Source of the DNA: Octopus bimaculoides
Lineage: Eukaryota
NCBI RefSeq assembly: GCF_001194135.2
Contig: NC_068981.1
Location: 154,107,325 to 154,171,324 of the forward strand
Reading direction: 5' to 3'
Length of the DNA: 64,000 nt
Part shown: positions 36,305 to 48,619 of the stretch, in pieces
Numbering within the stretch: the stretch's first letter is position 1
Layout of the letters: each line of letters opens with the position of its first letter
Made by a program: the position numbers and the translations under genes
Notes under the pieces: generated by a model
What the model was told of the DNA's origin: nothing
Seen by the model: the letters and a program-made list of their open reading frames with translations, nothing else
Databases searched by the model: none

Positions 36305-37997
36305 GTAAGATACGTGGGAATGTTAGTTTGCCGCCAATTTTGGATCTAACGAAATGGAGAGTCGGTTGTTGCTAGCATGTGTTAGTTAATTCGACAGCTG
36401 CAAGATGTTTCAGTATTTATTCTGTTACAATTTGCATAGTAAGGAGCTTCTATTAGCGTTTCACTCAAATGAATATCTCCCACAACTGCGAAGCAATTAA
36501 AGTATCTCAAAATATAACGTTTCTTACTGACGTATACCTTGCAGTTCAAATAGAAAATCTCTCTCCGATCAAATTCTACAGATTGGATACTGTAGTCACT
36601 ACTACATACCCCTACAAAAAGTCAGAATTGTCATGGTTGGAATGTATTTGATGTTAGACCTGCTCGTTCAGGGCTAAACAATAACTCAAAGCAAATGAAG
36701 GAATATCTACATGGTCGTTTGACTTTTTATCTTCCAAATCAAACCTGATCAACCAAACATTTGACCAAAGGCATTCAAACCACGGCCATCTCATTTTTCA
36801 TAGACATTGGATTATATTATCCAGTCTGTCCTTCACTTCGTTTTTAGATCGAATAGCCACATAGAGAATCTTTCGTTAGCTAAGTTATTTAACCTCAGGC
36901 AGTATCTGCCCTGACTATCCCTTCTTTTGGTATACCTAGGATAGCCTTATATAATGTGTCCTTTTTTTTTTAGATCATGTAGTGAGAAATTTGGTCACTG
37001 TCCAGCAGCTGTTTTGTTGGATGCATCTTTGTTTATCTGGTGAAAGTTGAAGGATAAAATATGAAATCTTTCTTTGCAAAAAAAAAAAAAAAGAAATATT
37101 TTTTTGCTACTTCAGTCTACTAACTCACTAAACAAATACATGTATATCTTTACATCAGCTGAACTAATGACACATGAATATCAAGGGAGCTCTATATCAT
37201 GGGGTGGGTGGAATCTTTAATTTTTTTTTTTTAACAATTCTAGAGCTCCAAAGATTTCCTTGATATATTTCTATATTGCTAGAAACAGCAGCTAAATCAC
37301 TCTCATTACACTATCATCTTGGAAACTGACACATTGAAAAATGTAATCCAGGGCACACTAAACCTGCGAAAAAAACAAAAAAAACGAACAAAAACAAAAA
37401 ATGCGAAGGTACGGTTAGAGCTGGAATGCTTTTCACCATAGCTAAATAAGTACAACCTATGTCATTTTAAGATAGGTACAATGGGTGCTGTTGCATCATG
37501 ATCCAGGATCTCAATGAATATAATTTCATCATACTCTTGGCACAAACCCAAACTAATATCACCAAGCTAACTCTATGCAGTTTTAACTTTGAACTCTCTT
37601 AGTTACTTTCAAGTCTTGAGATATCTGTAATTGTTTCTGTATTGATTATATCCATGCAATTTTAGCTGTTTACAATAAGAGGCCAGCTATTGAAACTTAT
37701 ATTGTTCTACCGTTTTGATTAATTCAATTGAGTAACTATAGTGTTAATCAACAGAATCTAATGCTTTCAATATCTCAATTGTATCTGCAACTTTGTCTTT
37801 TATTCATTAACTGATCAGCTAATTAATTACATAGATTAGGACTCCACTACTGTGTCAGTCTGTTGTGGTGATAATGAAGTCTTTGAATTTTTTCTGGTTA
37901 GTTGTTACAATCACATTTGTGTGTTGTTATGGTGTCCAAAGAATTCAAACTACAAGGGCTTGTCTGAGAGGAGATTTGGTTGTGGTATTTGTAGAGA

Positions 37998-38163
37998 GCA
38001 AGGTAGTGAACTGGCAGAATCATTAGCACACTGGGCAAAATGTTTGGTGGCATTCGTCCATCTTTAGCTTCTGAGTTCAAATTAAACTCAGAACATAGCG
38101 ATGGGTGAAATACCGTTAAGCATTTTGTCCAGCTTACTAATGCTTCTGCCAGCTCGCTGCTTT
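37998..38163. mobile_element. Two SINE B 5' halves fused as an inverted pair with no spacer
   Basis: ...CTGAGTTCAAATT|AAACTCAGAAC...; plus head followed by minus head. Confidence 0.75.
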
Positions 38164-38188
38164 ATATAACAACAGTAATGATATATAT

Positions 38189-38710
38189 GGCACCTTGGGC
38201 AAGTGTCTGAGTGGATTTGATAGACGGAAACTGAAAGAAACCCATCGTATATATGTATATATATANNNNNNNNNNNNNNNNNNNNNNNNNNNNNNNNNNN
38301 NNNNNNNNNNNNNNNNNNNNNNNNNNNNNNNNNNNNNNNNNNNNNNNNNNNNNNNNNNNNNNNNNNNNNNNNNNNNNNNNNNNNNNNNNNNNNNNNNNNN
38401 NNNNNNNNNNNNNNNNNNNNNNNNNNNNNNNNNNNNNNNNNNNNNNNNTATATATATATATATGTGTATGTATGTATGTATGTGTGTGTTTGTATATGTT
38501 TGTGTGTCTGTGTTTGTCCTCCCAACATCGCTTGACAACCAATGGTGGTGTGTTTATGTCCCCGTAACTTAGTGGTTCGGCAAAAAGAGACCGATAGAAT
38601 AAGTACTAAGCTTCCAAAGAATAAGTCCTGGGGTCGATTTGCTCGACTAAAGGCAGTGCTCCAGCATGACCACAGTCAAATGACTGAAAACAAGTAAAAG
38701 AGAGAAAGAG
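38189..38710 (+). mobile_element. SINE A with a gap in its internal microsatellite
   Basis: Both halves flank the N run at 38266-38448. Confidence 0.88.
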
Positions 38711-39749
38711 TACACACACACACACATTCATGCCACATACACACATTCATGCCACACACACACACACACATACACGACAGATTTCCATACAGTTTCAGCT
38801 GACCAAATTCCACTCACAAGGTATTAGTCAATCTGGTGTCTGTGTTAAAAGACACTTACCAAAGGTGCTGTGTAGTGGGATTGAACCTAAAACCATGTTG
38901 TAAAGAACCTTCTCAACCACATTGCTATACTTACTTCTAGATTTGAGCCAACTGTTTTCATGCGTTTCTTTTACAGATTTGTAATGGCTGACAACATGAA
39001 AATATGTATAGGTAGGAGTTGCATGCAATATTTCTGCAGCTGAAGCTGACATTTGCAATGCAAGATTATTTTCACAGTGAGTAAAGCATTATTGTTGGTA
39101 AACCAGAAACTGGGTGGTATCAACTTACTTGTATATACACCTGAAATCTGTTATGTTCTTATTGCTGGTGGTGTGATGTCAGTCTTGTTGATACTACTTA
39201 TAATAGTGATACAGTATGATTGTTTTATTGTTTGGTGAAGAAATAATATATAAGAAATAGATTTGAAGTTACCTTGTTTTCTAAATGCTCATTCCTATTT
39301 GAGTTGTATTTCAATAAACCTGACAGACTGAGAAAGAGATAGAGATAGAGAGAAAAAAAAGTAAAGAAATAAAACCAGCATTTTCTATACAGTGTGTGTT
39401 TTTATGTCTCAGTTAAAGATAGAAAACGTTTGCCACATTTTTTTGAGCTGAAAGAACTTGACAATTTTTTTCTCTCTCTTTATGAATGACATGACAAACT
39501 CTTTGTATGTATCATATCAATAGGTTTAGAGTTAAACAAACTAGTGCAGGTATGGTTGTGTGGCAGAGAAGTTTGGTTTGCAAACACATGGTCTTGGGTT
39601 CAATTCCACTGTGTGACATTTTGATTAAGTGTCTTTTACCATAGCCCTAAGCCAACCAATGCTTTGTGAGTGTATCTGCAAACCAATGCCTTGTTTGGGA
39701 GCCCATTATATATATATGTATATATATATACACATACATATATATATAT

Positions 39750-39950
39750 GGGAGAATGTACGAAAAAACAACAACAGACGAGGACAGGTGGTGTAAACAA
39801 CAAAAGGATGTATTAGTATGACGCTCGGGAATACGGAAAGTCTTTAACGTTTCGAGCTACGCTCTTCAACAGAAAGAATACAGAAACAAGGAGAAAAATA
39901 CAGAGAAAAAAAAATTGAATAGTGTTGGTGTACCTGGTAATTTCTGGGGG
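39750..39950 (-). mobile_element. Probable Penelope-like pLTR fragment carrying a hammerhead motif
   Basis: CpG-retaining block next to (TA)n that contains the hammerhead at 39841-39877; the PLE origin is inferred. Confidence 0.55.
39841..39877 (-). ncRNA. Minimal type I hammerhead ribozyme motif (core variant CUGUUGA)
   Basis: UCUUU-CUGUUGA-A-GAGC-GUA-GCUC-GAAA-CG-UU-AAAGA: helix I 5 bp, helix II 4 bp, palindromic ACGU helix III, GUU triplet. Confidence 0.7.
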
Positions 39951-40484
39951 TAAAGATATTCTATTGAAACACCTTTTTACTCTGATATAAGAAAGCAATT
40001 TCGTTATAACTGCCACAAAAGGTGTATTTTCCATCACAAAAATGTCCAAAAACCTTTCAGCTGGAGGAGGGAGAGATTATTAAAGGTTGGTGAGAGAGGT
40101 TGGCGAGAGGCAAAGACATTATTCTGCTTAGTGAAGGCACCTGGGAAATGTATAACTGCTGTCATTCACAGAAAAACTATTGTTATACCATGAGAAAAGC
40201 GCTGTGGAAGTGTTAAGTGAAATTTGGCAATCGAGGATTGAACCCACACTATCCCTGTATGAAGCCACTCCAAATATGTTGTGGAATAAAAAATTTATCT
40301 ACTGTCATGGAAAAAGTGTAACTGGAAAAAGGCAGAATTATCGGAGTAATGGGCATTCAAAAAAGTATGTATGTATAGAAATGTATGAATGAAGTTTTTA
40401 ATGTTTAAGATTCAAATGAAGGAAGTGCAATAATAATGTTTAGCAGTTCAAAACTGTGAGTAGTGAAATACAGAATTAGGTTGT

Positions 40485-40735
40485 AGCCTGTGCTGGTGAC
40501 ACGTATAAGGTATGTGTGCTAGTGACATGTAAAAGACCCCTGTGCTGGTGACACATAAAAGACACCAAGTACACTCTGTAAAGTGATTGGCATTGGGAAG
40601 GGTATCCAATCATAGAAACTAAGTTAAAACAGATGACTGGAGTCTGGTGCAGCTCTCTGGCTTGCCAGCTCCAGTCAAATTCCTAACTCATGCCAGCATA
40701 GAAAACGGACATTAAATGATGATGATGATGAAGAT
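40485..40735 (+). mobile_element. RTE 3' UTR fragment with three GTGCTGGTGACAC-type subrepeats
   Basis: Ends GGACATTAAATGATGATGATG. Confidence 0.82.
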
Positions 40736-41226
40736 CATAATAATGATGAGTGTGAATAGGTCCACATTTTAAGATGGTAATTTAGTTGTTATTTCTAGAA
40801 GCTCAAGTGATTTCTTACAAGCTCCTTTGTTGATCTGTAATTCTTGGTGTCTTCACCAAGAGAGCTATTTTATTAAAATTTACACTAGATTGTACAGAAT
40901 GCTGCTTGCATGACCAGGTCTTTGCTCACACTATTTGTATTTCATGGAGTATGTATTCATTCCATTTCTAGCTACATGTGGACAACATGCTTTGTTTTTA
41001 TTATTAAATCTATATAGTCAGAGATAATTAAAATCATTAAAGTGTAATGGTATTTGCACATGCACGTGTGTGTGTGTGTGTATGGAGACAAGGAGTAAAA
41101 TTAGAAATAAATGATTAAAATTAGAAATAAATTAATTTTAGTTAAAGAAGAGCCAAAACAAAAATATAACTCAAGGAAATTATCTTTAAAATTAGATAAA
41201 AATGCTGACATTTGGAAAGCAGCCTA

Positions 41227-41641
41227 AAGCAGGAGTGGCTGTATGGCAAGTAGCTTGCTTACCAACCACATGGTTCTGGGTTCATTCCCACTGCGTGGCA
41301 CCTTGGGCAAGTGTCTTCTACTATAGCCTCAGGCCAACCAAAGCCTTGTGAGTGGATTTGGTAGACGGAAACTGAAAGAAGCCCGTCGTATATATGTATA
41401 TATATATATGTGCATGTGTGTATATGTTTGTGTGTCTGTGTTTGTCCCCCGCAACATTGCTTCACAACCGATGCTGGTGTGTTTACGTCCCCGTAACTTA
41501 GTGGTTCGGCACACAAGACCGAAAGAATAAGTACTAGGCTTACAAAGAATAAGTCCTGGGGTCGATTTGCTTGACTAAAGGTGGTGCTCCAGCATGGCCA
41601 CAGTCAAATGACTGAAACAAGTAAAAGAGAGTAAAAGAGAG
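41227..41641 (+). mobile_element. SINE A, complete
   Basis: Full head, core, microsatellite, 3' half and (GTAAAAGA)n tail. Confidence 0.93.
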
Positions 41642-41929
41642 TAAGTTCATGCTCATTTGTTCAGTTTTTTTTCCTGTACAAAATTATATACTTGATATGA
41701 TTGTTTTAATCATTTAAGACTTCTTATTATTGTTGTTTGACTCTAAATCAGCCCTGATCAAATAGACCTATGATCAAAAGGCATTCTCTCTGTGACCATA
41801 CCATCTTTTTAGGGAAAATTTAGGACTAAATTATCTAAAGTGTGCTTCTTGTATTAAGATAGTCGCATATGATTTAAGGGAGATCTAACTACTATTTCCA
41901 GCACATCAAATGCCACGTAAAAGCATGTA

Positions 41930-42054
<125 letters not shown>

Positions 42055-42249
42055 ATAAATTGATTAACTTTCATGCTGGATTATCTCTACATTGTATTTT
42101 TTTTTTAATCATCTAGATATTTATATTATTCTGACATTTCTCTGTTCTGTGTTTTCTTGACACTTTGAAATGGTATTTCTCAAAATTCAGGATTTAGCTA
42201 ACCTGTTAGTTTAGTATAATGTTTCTGGAACTGCTTTAATGTTATGTGC

Positions 42250-42720
42250 CTTTACAGAGTTGGAGAGTTGATCAGTTTCCACAAAGCAGTTTGCCAGTTT
42301 TGTTGTCTGTTACATTTCTACACTGCATTCAGCTAGAGCTTCTTATTGCCTTCTTACTCACCTTTCAACACTTTGCTAAATATATTCTGTAACAGACGCA
42401 TTTGTTATGAAAATTAGCTTCTTTCAAACAATGTTATAGATCTAGGCAGCTGTTTAGTGAGCTTTGGAGAATATTTCTTCCAACAGGTACTATAATGACT
42501 TGAGAATACTAGTTAAAAATAACTTGTGTTTCTATGAGTAATAAATTGTGCATATTTCTAATTGCAGTTACTTTGTCTATAAGTAAGCAAAACGAGGGCA
42601 GAAATTCTGTTGAAATCTTTGACGCAAATAAACAGATCATCTTCCTTATGGCTGTTTTGATTTTCAATAAATTCTCTCTGCTGCTAACACCATCTTCAAA
42701 AACAGTGTCACTATGACCAA
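42250..42720 (-). pseudogene. Possible fossil hAT transposase C-terminus
   Basis: With frameshifts: SCLDL*HCLK...ITNASV...IFSKV...KAIRSS; resembles the hAT dimerisation motif PxTxASVERxFS. Confidence 0.3.
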
Positions 42721-43384
42721 GTACAGAAAAAAAAAATATATATAAAAATAAAAGTAAGTTTAAAATAGTTGTTGGTGTAACCTGAATGTAAACGTATACT
42801 CTAGGTTTGATGGCATTTTGTAGGGTGGGAGTACACAAAGTGTTTTATAGAGGCTTAATATTACCGGTACAATTGGTATAGTGCAGTGGTTCTCAACCTT
42901 TTTATTTTTAACTCAATACCCTTTCACAGATTGGCATTTCCCAGATGCCTTCTCACCATGTTTTGAAGAAGAAAAAAAGAAAAAAAAAAAAGAAGCCCAA
43001 CAGCACAGATTTAAATCAATTTAGAAACCCAAAGCCAATTTTGCACAGAAGTTTATTATCTATGTTTTATTTTCAGTATTCTGTCCAGTATGTGCCTCCA
43101 TTTAAAGTTTTGCATGGACCAGTTTTCCCTATGTTAAATTTGTTCAAAAATTATTAAAGAAAATGAGGACTTATATAATGAAATTATATTTCACTTTGGT
43201 GCATCATCATCAGTCACTGATAACCCAATGTTGTATTCTCTATAGATTTATTTTTAACGCAAGTATTATATCTGGTTTAGATATTTTATAATGAAAATCA
43301 TAACCCCTCTAAACATCCAGTGCCCACTTCTCCTATACAGTGTCTACTTGTCCCCCTTGACATTTGTTACTCTCTTCTGAGATC

Positions 43385-43620
43385 ACAGTACCTCCAAGTG
43401 GTGTACTGGCAGAAGCGTTAACATGCTGGGAAAAATGCTTAGGGCATTTTGTTTGTCTTTACGTTCTAAGTTCCAGTTCTACTGAGGCCAACTTTGCCTT
43501 TCATCCTTTCAAGTTTGATAAAATAAGTGCTTGTTCTGCACTGGTGTTGATGTAATCAACTAGACCCAAGCCCCAAAATTTCAGGCCTTGTACCTATAGT
43601 AGAAAGTAGAAAGAATTATT
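43385..43620 (+). mobile_element. SINE B
   Basis: Family B consensus. Confidence 0.82.
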
Positions 43621-45009
43621 ACCTATGATAAGAATCACTGGTACAGGAGGAAACTGTAGGAATTTGACATATGGTTCATACATTTATAAGTCATTGTGTC
43701 CTTGAACAAAGATATCATCTCTTAAAGTCTATTTGATTAAGGTTGGAAAACAATCTTATTGAAAGTTAATGCACACTAGTGTAATGTATTACCCCAATGA
43801 AAAAGACTCTTCCATTCAACTTAATCTCTTAAAAAATCTAAGATAAATATCAGTTCTGTGAGTTGAAATTTAATTTTCCACCATAGGTGACATTTTATTA
43901 CAAAAATTAATTTGTTGTGTCATTGCTGTTCTCTCCTACCGGTTTTGGTGGATGACTGTGTTCACATACAAAGCTTTGATACTTGTGTATCATTATTTGA
44001 CATACATAACAACAGACAAAATCACCAATCTTCGTTATGTATATTGTGATATCTTGGCATGGGTTTCTGTTTTGTTGATGGATGCCTTTCCTATTGTTAG
44101 TCACTTTACAACATGGAATGCATGCATTTTATCATGCCATCAGCACTAGAGAAGCTACCTGCTAGTATTAAAGAGTCTCCACTACCACATATCAGTTAAA
44201 TCTATTGTTAGCATTCAGGTCAGGTCTCCAGTCAGAGTTTAGCTCCTCCGTCCATCCCACCAGTCTCACAGGCCCTGACTGACTCACAAAGGAAAAATAA
44301 ATAAATAACAGATGCAAATGAAGGGAAATATGTACAGGTTATTGTTTTACAGTGATTAAAGTTATTTCTTATTTTCTAGCAAGGCCAAGGCTTGAAGTCA
44401 ACCCTGGGCAAAGAATTCTGTTGATGTCTTTCATTTAATTCCCAGCAAAAATGTTTGAATTGCTCATATTTATGAAGGATCCTTCCATACAGGGTCCCTA
44501 GGACATTGCTTTATGTGATTTTGTTTAAACCTGATTATTTATCTCTAATTCATATTGATATTTTAGATCAAAAATAAGAAAAAAATGTTCTAAGTTAATG
44601 AGCTAACTATAAGTTTATCACCCGGTCTGCTAGAATTTGCAACCAAAACTCTTTCAGCTTATTCCTCACCATCATTAAAGGAAAAAAATGTATATTGTAA
44701 AATTTAATCTGAAATACAACATACCAGTTAAAAAAATAGGTTATTCATGGTTTAAATGCTGAGCCAACAATAGAATGTTGACAGAAAAATGCATAAATGC
44801 AAATCAACATTGAACAAGGGTGGGGAGGAAAAATTTGAAGGTGATTAATCAGCAATAAACAGGTAATAAGTATGTCAAAAAAAAAGAACACTTCAGCACA
44901 CACACACGGAAAAAACCCCAAAAAAAACATTCTTAATCATAACTTTAATCACAACAAAGTATAACATAAAAGACTGTAGGTGTTTTTTTTTTTTACTATC
45001 AAGAAGAAC

Positions 45010-45250
45010 AAATATAGATGGGCTGGCTACATTGCGCAACTGAAGGACAACAAATGGCTGTCCACATTGTTTGACTTAAAGATTACGGACTACAGATGGA
45101 CAATCAATGTGATAGAATGGACACCAAGACAATGGAGAAGAGCAAGAGACTGACCAAAGACATGGCGAGATGTTGTCACCTGCTAACTGAGGACTACATA
45201 GCCACGACTGGCTAGAGACAGGCAGTGGTGGAAGGAGTTCCTTCTTCAAG
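45010..45250 (+). mobile_element. Decayed RTE ORF C-terminus from a different family
   Basis: KYRWAGYIAQL...TDYRWTINVIEWTPRQWRRARD*PKTWRD...LARDRQWWK. Confidence 0.7.
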
Positions 45251-46501
45251 AATGATGAAGCCCTGAATATTGGATATTAGAGTCTGGAGGAATGGGCAGA
45301 ACTCATGACGCTTGCAGGCCCTCTGGGACTGGTAAGATCGATTCCAGGGAAAGATATGAGTAGAGAGAAGATTCCAGAAGACCAATGTTCTGGAAATTAA
45401 AGATTAGGAACAGTGGTTGGTGCAGGAAGTACCCCTGTTGCATTTCTGTTAATATCTGGAGCTTCAACAATGAACTTGTTGCACATAATATAATGATAAC
45501 AGCAAAAATACCAACTTTATAAAATACAAACATGATTTTCCAGATTTTCCTCTGTTTCACTGTTTCACTTGCCATCTTCATCATCACATCATCATTGTCA
45601 CCACCACTGCCACCACCACCACCACCACCACCACCACTATCATCATCGTCATCATCATCACCACAGTGCTAACATCAATGAATAAGTCAATGATGGAGCC
45701 TCTATGCAGTTGCTTGGTTTGCTAGAAATCATCCTTGAATCACATCCTACATTCATACAAAAGAAAGGAAGGATATATTGAACAATGTAGTTTTTGATAT
45801 GCAAAATAGTAGATGACCAGAGATGATCAAGCGGGGAAATAACAACAACAAGCACTTTCAAAATTACTTGTGGAACCACTTTGACCAGTAAACAGATACA
45901 CTGATGCCAGAATTCAATAACACGACAAATACTGCAATACATAATACAGTTCAAAAAAATTACTGTAGAAACATCATCTCATTACCCCCAGAACTTACAC
46001 CACAAAGCAATATAAAGAAACTGAACAAGGAAATAACAATGAAAAACCATAGAAAAATAGAAAACTGGTAATTTTATTGTGTCTAAGCCAAGAAAACAGT
46101 ACACTTTAGAGAAAGTAATTAGCAGCATCAATAACTAACAATGACCACACTTGCTTAATTAATATGTGACAATAATTTTAAGTTATGCAACAACCATGCT
46201 CAGCTCCAGTTAGAGATGATGTCACTCATTGTATTTATCAGGGAGGTCATCACTATTTAAAGAAAAAAAAGTGACATAAGCATGGCTGCCTATAGGTGCA
46301 GCTGTGTGGTTAAGAAGCCTACTTTACAACCATGTGGTTTCAAGTTCAATCCCATTGTGCAACACCTTGGGCAAGTGTCTTCTGTTACAACTCTGAGCTA
46401 ACCAATGCTTTATTAGAGGATTTGGTAGACAGAAAGTATGTGGAAGCCTGTTGTGTGTGTGTGTGTGTGTGTGTGTGCTTGTGCGCATGTGTGTGTGTGT
46501 G

Positions 46502-46574
<73 letters not shown>

Positions 46575-46591
46575 ACTCTGAAAGAAGTAAA

Positions 46592-46954
46592 GAGCACCGC
46601 CTTTAGTTGAGCAAATCAACCCCAAGACTTATTCTTTGTAAGCCTAGTACTTATTCTATTGGTCTCTTTTGCCGAACCGCTAAGTTATGGGGATGTAAAC
46701 ACACCACCATCGGTTGTCAAGCGATGTTGGTGGGGACAAACACAGACACACAAACATATACACACACATACATATATATATACATATATATGACAAGCTT
46801 CTTTCAGTTTCCGTCTACCAAATCCACTCACAAGGCTTTGGTTGGCCTGAGGCTATAGTAGAAGACACTTGCCCAAGATACCACGCAGTGGGACTGAACC
46901 CGGAACCATGTTGTTGGTAAGCAAGCTACTTACCACACAGCCACTCCAGCGCCT
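46592..46954 (-). mobile_element. SINE A, near complete and young
   Basis: Close reverse complement of 47631-48060. Confidence 0.92.
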
Positions 46955-47210
46955 ATATATATTGTTGTACTTGGGGATGGTCATGTTGCCAGTTTAGATA
47001 GATAGATAGATAGATAGATATCATCATTTAATGTCTGTTCTCCATGTTGGCATACATTTGGATAGTTTGATGGGGTCTGGTGTGTGCAGGGGCTGCATTA
47101 GGCTTCATTGTCTATTTTGGCATGGTTTCTATGGCTGAATGCCCTTCCTAACACCACCACTTTACAGAGTGTACTGGATGCCTTTTACAACCACTAGTGC
47201 ATATACATCT

Positions 47211-47245
<35 letters not shown>

Positions 47246-47630
47246 TGTGTATGCATTTCTGTTTGTCCCTCATTACTGCTTGACAATCAGTGTTAGTTTG
47301 TTTGCATCCCCATAACTTAATAGTTCAGCACTAGAGATTGATAGAGTTATCCAGACTTAAAAAATATGTACTGGGGTTAATGTATTCAATTGTACTCCTC
47401 AAGGCAATGCCCCAGCATGGCCACAATCCAGTGACTGAAACAAGTATTTGATAAAAGAAATAAGAATTACGGTAAACACAATTTTATATTGCAAGTGGCA
47501 GGTACAGGTGGATATGTGTATATATGAGTGACAGTGAGTTGTCTAATATAAATATCAATGGAAACAGCCTTCTGCATTCATTGAATTTTGTAGTAATTGA
47601 TAATACTATGATATTTTTACGTATATTATA

Positions 47631-47796
47631 AGGCGCAGGAGTGGCTGTGTGGTAAGTAGCTTGCTTACCAACCACATGGTTCCGGGTTCAGTCTCACTGC
47701 GTGGCACCTTGGGCAAGTGTCTTCTACTATAGCCTCGGGCCGACCAAAGCCTTGTGAGTGGATTTGGTAGACGGAAACTGAAAGAAGCCTGTCGTA

Positions 47797-47853
<57 letters not shown>

Positions 47854-48060
47854 TGGTGTGTCTGTGTTTGTCCCCCCACCATCGCTTGACAACCAATGCT
47901 GGTGTGTTTACGTCCCCGTAATTTAGCGGTTCGGCAAAAAGAGATCGATAAAATAAGTACTAGGCTTACAAAGAATAAGTCCTGGAGTCGATTTTCTCGA
48001 CTAAAGGCGGTGCTCCAGCATGGCCGCAGACTGAAACAAGTAAAGAGAAAGAGAAAGAGA
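47631..48060 (+). mobile_element. SINE A, complete and young
   Basis: GGCGCAGGAGTGGCTGTGTGG...GGTTCAGTCTC...; CpGs intact. Confidence 0.93.
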
Positions 48061-48619
48061 TATTACTTAAGAGTCTGATATTCATGACAATTGTCACACA
48101 GTAACAGCAAGCAAATTCAATCATTGAATACCTTTTCAAAGTCACTTTCCTTATAAAGTGACAGAGGGATAGAGAGGGAGTAGGGAGAAAGAGAGGGGGT
48201 GAGACAGGTGAGAGAGAGGCATGTGTGTATGTGAGAGAGAGAGAGAGAGAATACAATGTATCTTTTACTCAGACCATAATCTTGGATCTTTCCTTTTACC
48301 AGTATCAGAGAAAGCAATAGAAAATTCCAAAAATGTAAAAGCCCCCGACTTCAGAAAAATTGCAGTCATACACTTAGGCCTGCCAGCTACTCATACTGCT
48401 ATTGAATATCTCCAGAATCTTAAAAAGTGGGTATAATTCTAGGAAGGTTGCGATGCAAACAGTAGCACAGAAAGTGGCGGCCAAGAGGAATCCAGGAGTC
48501 ATGGCCTGAATACAGCCCAGCACACTTAGGATGCAAGGAATTAAGGGCTTGCATGGGTAGGGCTTCTTCTCTGAAGACCTTCTGCTGTTCACTTCTCTTT
48601 AGAGTTTCTTACTACCTAA

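Larger units (their letters stand above)
33300..36800. promoter_or_regulatory. CpG-retaining domain, candidate unmethylated promoter region
   Basis: Unique sequence here has visibly frequent CG dinucleotides (e.g. GTCGAACGACTCCG, GCACGCAAACACGTATTACG, GGCGCGATT), whereas the flanks are CG-poor. Not counted computationally. Confidence 0.5.

Noticed and set aside
40030-40095. TFQLEEGEIIKGW resembling the FKBP motif VIKGW
   Set aside because: Stops on both sides and no other FKBP residues or partner exons; likely chance.
43889-44149. Hydrophobic plus-strand ORF after a good acceptor (also 39053-39238 and 42534-42716)
   Set aside because: Hydrophobicity follows from T-richness; no donor or phase partner and no recognisable family.
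47631-47705. tRNA-like A and B boxes in SINE heads as tRNA genes
   Set aside because: No cloverleaf or discrete 3' end; they continue into SINE bodies.
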